Of a DNA stretch of 64,000 nt, positions 61,401 through 64,000 are shown one piece after another (the first letter of the stretch is position 1; each line of letters opens with the position of its first letter). A program made the position numbers and the translations under genes. Source of the DNA: Gammaproteobacteria bacterium (lineage in GTDB: Bacteria > Pseudomonadota > Gammaproteobacteria > Eutrophobiales > Eutrophobiaceae); NCBI GenBank assembly GCA_965243205.1, contig CBDEUK010000002.1, forward strand, positions 320,001 to 384,000, read 5' to 3'. The notes under the pieces are model-generated. The model was not told the origin of the DNA and did no database searches. It saw only the letters and a program-made list of their open reading frames with translations.

Positions 61401-62510
61401 TTTTGTTAGAACCGATGTTGTTAAATTGTTACTTGGATTAGAGTTTTGTGCGCCAACATCAAATGCAACATGTTGGTATGTGTAATCGACTACACCACCA
61501 TAGGGATATGTAATTTTACTTAATGAATATTTTCCTGCTAGTGGATGTGTCGGTGGATAATATTGATATTGCCATGATTGACCTTCTGGTAACTGTACAC
61601 TGTCCAAATTAAAACGACATAATCTAATTTCAGTTTCATCACCTGTATCCTCATCAGTAAAGACATCATTTGCAACAGACAAGCCATAACTATAATTCCA
61701 TGAACGTCCACCTGACGTAATACTCTGTAAGACATTACAACCACTGCCTGGAGCAGGCGCGTAATTAAAAATGACTTGTCTGCCACCGCTGGCATCAATT
61801 CGTTTCATATATTGATAACCTAGAGTAGGATGTTGTTCATAGGTAATATCAATAGAGTTGCCGTATACATCTTCTATTCTAGATGTATACCATGAATGTT
61901 CTTGTTGATCAGGAGTAACTGATACTGAAGACAAAACATTCATCCAATATCGTGTGCCATTAGGAGACGTAACGATCATTCCTTGCCCAGCATTACAACT
62001 CGCTTTCCAATTACTTTTAGTGATTAATACCTCTGCTCCAGTGCCTGTATCGATTTCATTAACATTTTCTAAAAATAATAATTCTCTTGCACCATCAGGA
62101 TGTTCTAAGGAAGGGTTATCTTTTGTCGTTACACTCCATAGAGATTGATTACACATCCTATCGACAAACTGACTTGGCACAACAATCCGCCCATAATGCA
62201 TAGACCAACCAACACCGTATATTTGGTTATAGCCAGGTTTGCGACCATTATCGTCTTGATGGCTGGTATAAAATCGATTGATAGTAATATCCATACCACC
62301 ATTACCGGGAATTACTAAATCTTGATGCCTTATTTGCAATGTTCCTGAAAACGGATCGATTGTTTCGTTTAAATCAGAACTTAGTTCTTTAAAAGGATGT
62401 AATCCTGGTTCTGAATAATAATCTCTAATTTCTTCAGCATGGCTAGATAGATTAAAAACTAATAGCGAATAAATGATCGTAATAAATAAAGACTTAATCG
62501 ATTTCATCAT
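52413..62510 (-). CDS. Giant (3365 aa) signal-peptide Rhs/YD-repeat protein fused to Ig-like, LRR, PKD-like, LamG-like, cadherin-like and RTX Ca-binding domains
   Basis: Signal peptide, ETIDPFSG, GVGWS, many YD repeats to about 58700, LxxLxLxxN repeats, three W(S/Q/T)S..DG.IG.G PKD-like units, APDFE cadherin, GGxGxDxL repeats. Confidence 0.88.
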   Translation of the reverse strand: MMKSIKSLFITIIYSLLVFNLSSHAEEIRDYYSEPGLHPFKELSSDLNETIDPFSGTLQIRHQDLVIPGNGGMDITINRFYTSHQDDNGRKPGYNQIYGVGWSMHYGRIVVPSQFVDRMCNQSLWSVTTKDNPSLEHPDGARELLFLENVNEIDTGTGAEVLITKSNWKASCNAGQGMIVTSPNGTRYWMNVLSSVSVTPDQQEHSWYTSRIEDVYGNSIDITYEQHPTLGYQYMKRIDASGGRQVIFNYAPAPGSGCNVLQSITSGGRSWNYSYGLSVANDVFTDEDTGDETEIRLCRFNLDSVQLPEGQSWQYQYYPPTHPLAGKYSLSKITYPYGGVVDYTYQHVAFDVGAQNSNPSNNLTTSVLTKKISGRQIDTATWTYDFQPASVPTLGDTGVVQDADKTVINHPDGSREEFVHQGANLTGLNNVWANGLLITKKIYSSNNDLLERRANRWGKRIISRENYFHGNEGEVDTNSYAPVLLDTDITYDGNTGAHFTYYNGHDEFGNPTEIIETDGLDSTDDKVTTISYFTDPDNHWIIGLAKDETTTLSGETSTIDRDFFNTGRLQSETVNGVKTSYTYDTSGNVHTIKDANSHTTTKSNYSRGIAQLEIHPESVTIQRSVNTKGTVDWIRDGRGYAEGHQKDFSYDGRNRLTGITFPKVGSAAVSINWTSTSKILTRGNYKETVLFDGFGREIKKTREDLSPINASNVNVIETIIDYDEYGRKVFESYPNSTTDGTTYEYDTINRTTKITHPDASFRTYDYKAGKEVIETNERGFETVTFYRSFGHPNKDRVPRYIASPENICTEIQYNVLNQITKIRQAVDASAEGEDQCTSFTNIVERTYQYNSKYFLNNEINPETGTTIYGHDLVGNVTSSTVGSSPQTIYVYDDLNRLDFINYPNSTTDLDYVYDKNSNVKSITKGTTYWEYDYDKNDNLNYEELRLTTDSGLETYRLTYQYDSLDTLSHIIYPNGVDINYLPDNLGRPSQAINDTTPSEIYAENITYHANGNIHRYESVNGQITTTTLTPRLFTGSINVDNLSGNLINIGYSYDESGNVENITDLGSTNIHMGSMCYDGMDRLVIAQPTFNVNCATYDNNKLHYNYKGDITARTNNHSNGFQHQNTDYVYDTSGKLDEFYRWNGNSSVIRSIYSYDNYGNIIKDSKDDWLKTELDGFRTEQSRKEYIYDDGSNLTAATNTNSFNQILYNKLFIYDGNNQRTVESETSSFRENYTKHYIYSKFGQLRYERDETNCKNTNYIHIGSLLLAKRDDITPIECDLSSPIVQDDSVIAFEGKSNLIDVLSNDTDVDGRGLKIISVTQGVNGGSITFTDNSVSYTDPGNISSDSFSYTISDGIYELTANVNITEIFPDTLITDFQLPTNSGLSECFDSTIRTNNSFEYISDVKYLTCRGNINVTNLIGLEALKALEIISIDSKNLNQVTINDLPNLKELILTPDFSFRQNPLSTINLSGLPNLNVLNLSYNSFVSIDDIIGLSNLTNLKILNIRANSLESINPITLQSLNSLERLYLDFNNLSTLSISNIQSLSILNANNNRISSVSFSNLPSLSSLNLDNNELAIVDFSGLNNLGIIWIQNNLLTDINVSNLNNLVSLIVGGNPLADVVSLHQRIPTNLSNLWLSTHSTNVSNEYVCQHVEILKTLIPNVTITNTRCKSIIDITEPATIGFISEEFGTNINFAASAIDYYDGNISSLIEWSSNFDGVIGTGPSINTNSLSVNNHLITASVVDSLGIQRTAAKAITIKEVDLGSLDASFTLNYESSVEPEPSDGIWNNLTNLTGYDFINGGLINSSPITSLIGITKSLEFNGSNGATTIDFQGIQGDPTDESATFEVWFKPSDILDTDVIFETGSTNDGTAIIMTDEDNDGEHDDIQFIVKNSSTTLALTGDLSSILGSSAEVTNEFIQVVGTYTKNVGDEGSGGGFIALYINGQFITSDFSTSLNDWADSNDTGLGQVNGDINIGSANVTNFEGEVAAFRFYESQLNSVMIGSNYNFIRRGGPPSSPTTVSITSPVNNATFTSDNVITFTATSFDTYTQSPITNIQWQSNIDGPIGSGTTININTLTVGEHEITASVTDSLGIIRNDSINLTVNLANLNPVAVADTINARLPTEQLVNTTTAGIQWSNSIHDLPNQQFKVRWLNEDGSTAFAQNFNLDGTKDGLEYTDDRLQKLANGGYISSYTLGNDRRAKVYNEAKDEINDISVYQLQPQDLYGLILLSIKYTQLNNGNIVAAWSVFRAVPSGEFAVFNVMARVFDQSGNALTDAFLVSEDPNADHYAPELIALPEGGFGVLYPAHTNVYSIGSDTEIILKRYEADGTPILTGRHVITSNHHALRTSPKPKIQKLSNDNYIVVWNHINLDPAHGEQFGRIEAQLLDGSTYNNIDTPFVISNGRDPALLALSSGGFMAAAAGSEISAVRYDNNGDLIGEIEKINIHGTSYQERPYMKQLENGDVAFLWDSWDPATGDDDRSGVAMRIYRPGEEVPLYIDVLANDTDPNAEDTVETFSLDAHTHVNGNGQGTVSIEGGRYLKFDPGTDFDALLAGQTAEVVVGYTMSDDEGLTSNSSVTITIHGVNDGPVISSASAVSIPENTMSVMALAATDPESAAVSFRISDSTVHEEFSTDHDAFSIDASGNLSFATAPDFETPTDTEGDNEYNVLLEASDGVELTSQLVRVIVTDVNDVTNTAPTVNITIPSSGASVVQGSSMIFIGTANDVEDGNLGPSLNWTSSIDGAIGTGNFNNTVLSIGTHTITASATDSGGLSSDATITVTVTNASTGSGTVVGTSGNDTLDGTAGDDVVNGGAGNDTLNAGAGNDVYLFEIGWGSDIVNNEEWSVNNVETIRFGSGISPSDITVSRDDEHLYLTHSNGDSIRVSYHFIVDTGDEPYAIHIIEFDDGTVWDKSTFEGMLAIATIGHDTLEGGSHSDTLNGLAGNDVLNGYDGDDLLNGGPGDDTLIGSYGNDLYVFDSGWGTDIIQNTEWHYDTVDTIRFSTGINPNDITITRDEEHLHITHTNGDSIEVQYHFNLDGTDEPHAIDVIEFDDGTVWDKATFEDFMAVATTGDDTMIAGTSHADTLNGLAGNDTIEAYNGDDTLIGGDGNDTLAGGDGNDTYHFDTGWGTDIIQNTEWQYHTTDIIRFGTGINPSDITFTRDEEHLYIAHTNGDSIEVRYHFNLDGTDEPHAIDRIEFADSTVWDKATFEGFMAVTTTGDDAMIAGSSHADTLDGLAGNDTIYAYNGDDVVIGNTGNDTLSGGDGNDIYHFDVGWGSDVVSNTEWQYHTVDIFRFGVGINPSDISFTRDIDHMYLHHTNGDSIKIEYYYSFDGSDKPHAIDRIEFNDGTVWNQTTFEGMVP
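52420..54120 (-). repeat. Four tandem ~440-bp RTX/HCBP-related repeat units
   Basis: Equivalent positions at about 52560, 53001, 53442, 53880; each has GWGxD, IRFG.GI.PSD, IEF.DGTVW. Confidence 0.85.
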
Positions 62511-62783
62511 GAAATATTCCAGATAGTAATTTTTGGTAGACGTATAAAAAATTTGGATATGAATCGTTGTGGATTACGCACGATCCAAGATGAGAAGTTA
62601 ACAATCAAGCATTTACAAAAATGTAAAAAAGAATAATTAACTATTAAATAGATTTGGTAATACGACGAGAATACTAACCTTGTATAAACATAACCAGCAT
62701 ATCTCGTGTCTTTCCCCAAAGACATAAGAGTTTCCTAAAAAGCTATTTTCTTTTTAACAATATCAAAAAATTAAATTTAATTA

Positions 62784-62801
62784 ATCACCCATATGGGTGA
62801 T
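62784..62801. promoter_or_regulatory. 18-bp perfect palindrome upstream of the Rhs operon
   Basis: ATCACCCATATGGGTGAT in an otherwise very AT-rich spacer. Confidence 0.5.
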
Positions 62802-63064
62802 GTTTGATGAATTAATTATTTCTATAACTAATAATCTTTATTAGTAAAAAGATATATCTATTTGATTTTAAGAGGGAGCTTATGATCAATCTATACATCA
62901 ATTATCCTATCAAGGAAATTTTCCTTGATTTCAATCCAAACTTATCTTTGAAGAATATGGATTATATTGTCTTAAACCCATCCACTATCGCTAGTGAATA
63001 CAACAAAATCTAGAGATATGAGTTAGTATTGATTTTGATAATGTAGAACTGGAAAGTAAGATAG

Positions 63065-63094
63065 TCATACAGATAAAAGGTTTTATCTGTATGA
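63065..63094. terminator. Inverted repeat downstream of the DUF1353 gene (terminator or operator)
   Basis: TCATACAGATAAAA-gg-TTTTATCTGTATGA. Confidence 0.4.
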
Positions 63095-63188
63095 AGTATT
63101 CAATTTTTCGATGAACAAGTGTAATCGGCTATCATCCTAATGGAGAATAAACAAGTATGCCCTATCTCAAATAGCATCCTTTTTAATA

Positions 63189-63743
63189 TTACATAACTAT
63201 ATTGTTTCTACTTGAGAATGCCTCACAAGCTTTATCTATTTCTATAAGTGTTTTATTCTCTCCATCTTCAAGCCAAGGAACAATTTCTTTCTTAAATGCG
63301 TTTTCTGCTTGTCTAGTATCCGTTGAATACGCTTTAGTATCCCAATATTCTTTTCCAAAAATACGTACTGCAGCATACATGATTGCTGCTTTTAACCAAC
63401 TTGTCTCATCTGATCGCATCCCTTTGTAAAACACTATATCGACAGCTAATCTTGGATCATCTGAACCATTATCATGTTGATTAATGTATAACGAATCATG
63501 TAGCGCAGCTGATCTTCTATAATTTCCTACATAAGGACTACCTATTAATGTCCATGCTATTTTAGGGATGCTTGCACCATCAATTATATCATCTGGTATA
63601 GCCGGCCACTTATATTTATTAAGATCAATAAATTCAAAATGTTCTTTTAATCTCATTGATTGATCATCACCTTTATCAATCAACCATTCTGCAAAAACAT
63701 TTCTAGTAAATTTTCCATACTCAGACATAGATAGTTCCTTCAA
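63189..63743 (-). CDS. DUF1353 domain protein
   Basis: DGASIP...IGSP...YRRSAALHD.LY...MYAAVR.FG; real start probably MSEYGK after AAGGA. Confidence 0.8.
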   Translation of the reverse strand: MKELSMSEYGKFTRNVFAEWLIDKGDDQSMRLKEHFEFIDLNKYKWPAIPDDIIDGASIPKIAWTLIGSPYVGNYRRSAALHDSLYINQHDNGSDDPRLAVDIVFYKGMRSDETSWLKAAIMYAAVRIFGKEYWDTKAYSTDTRQAENAFKKEIVPWLEDGENKTLIEIDKACEAFSSRNNIVM

Positions 63744-64000
63744 ATATTTATTGAAAGTCGTTATAAAATTACAACTGTAAAGGAAATGATTTGTATTGAG
63801 AGGAAGTACTAGAATGTATAGTTACCTCCTTCTAACACTACATCACTATTCTAGTATAAAGAAAGAAATTAGAGTGTCTATTATTAACTCATCTTTTTTT
63901 ATTTATTTTATGTTTAATATATAATTTTTTCGAGCCATATATAACTATTTGGACTAATGATACTCATTATTAAATTTATTAGTAGTTAACAAACAATCCT

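Noticed and set aside
62507-62725. 72-aa ORF upstream of the giant Rhs
   Set aside because: Composition looks like translated AT-rich intergenic DNA; no motif.

Overview
AT-rich gammaproteobacterial chromosome segment with four parts. (1) 1-19096 is the conserved core cluster rne-rluC-S49 peptidase-maf-yceD-rpmF-plsX-fabHDG-acpP-fabF-pabC-mltG-tmk-holB-pilZ-tatD plus three accessory genes. (2) 19097-29991 is the chromosomal dif site with an apparently intact ~10.9-kb, higher-GC, integrase-less prophage inserted into it. The prophage combines a PM2/corticovirus-like (double jelly-roll, membrane-containing) morphogenesis module, a P2-type GpA rolling-circle replicon with a recognisable nick-site origin, and DUF3693/DUF3653-like regulators of the kind seen in dif-integrating filamentous phages. 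Its attachment site lies inside the 3' end of the putative repressor gene, so integration or excision changes the repressor C-terminus. (3) 30041-48845 holds a sigma54/FisR-like regulated sulfide-oxidation cluster (sqr fusion, SulP, PDO-rhodanese), assorted envelope genes and a collagen-like protein/O-glycosyltransferase pair. (4) 48866-64000 is an island-like region with att/attC-like remnants, small membrane ORFs and a 'split' Rhs system: a 3365-aa signal-peptide Rhs cage fused to adhesin and RTX domains, followed by a separately encoded signal-peptide Rhs-core/HNH toxin and immunity-like genes. No tRNA, rRNA or CRISPR array was recognised. All family assignments come from motif and synteny recognition by eye, not database searches.
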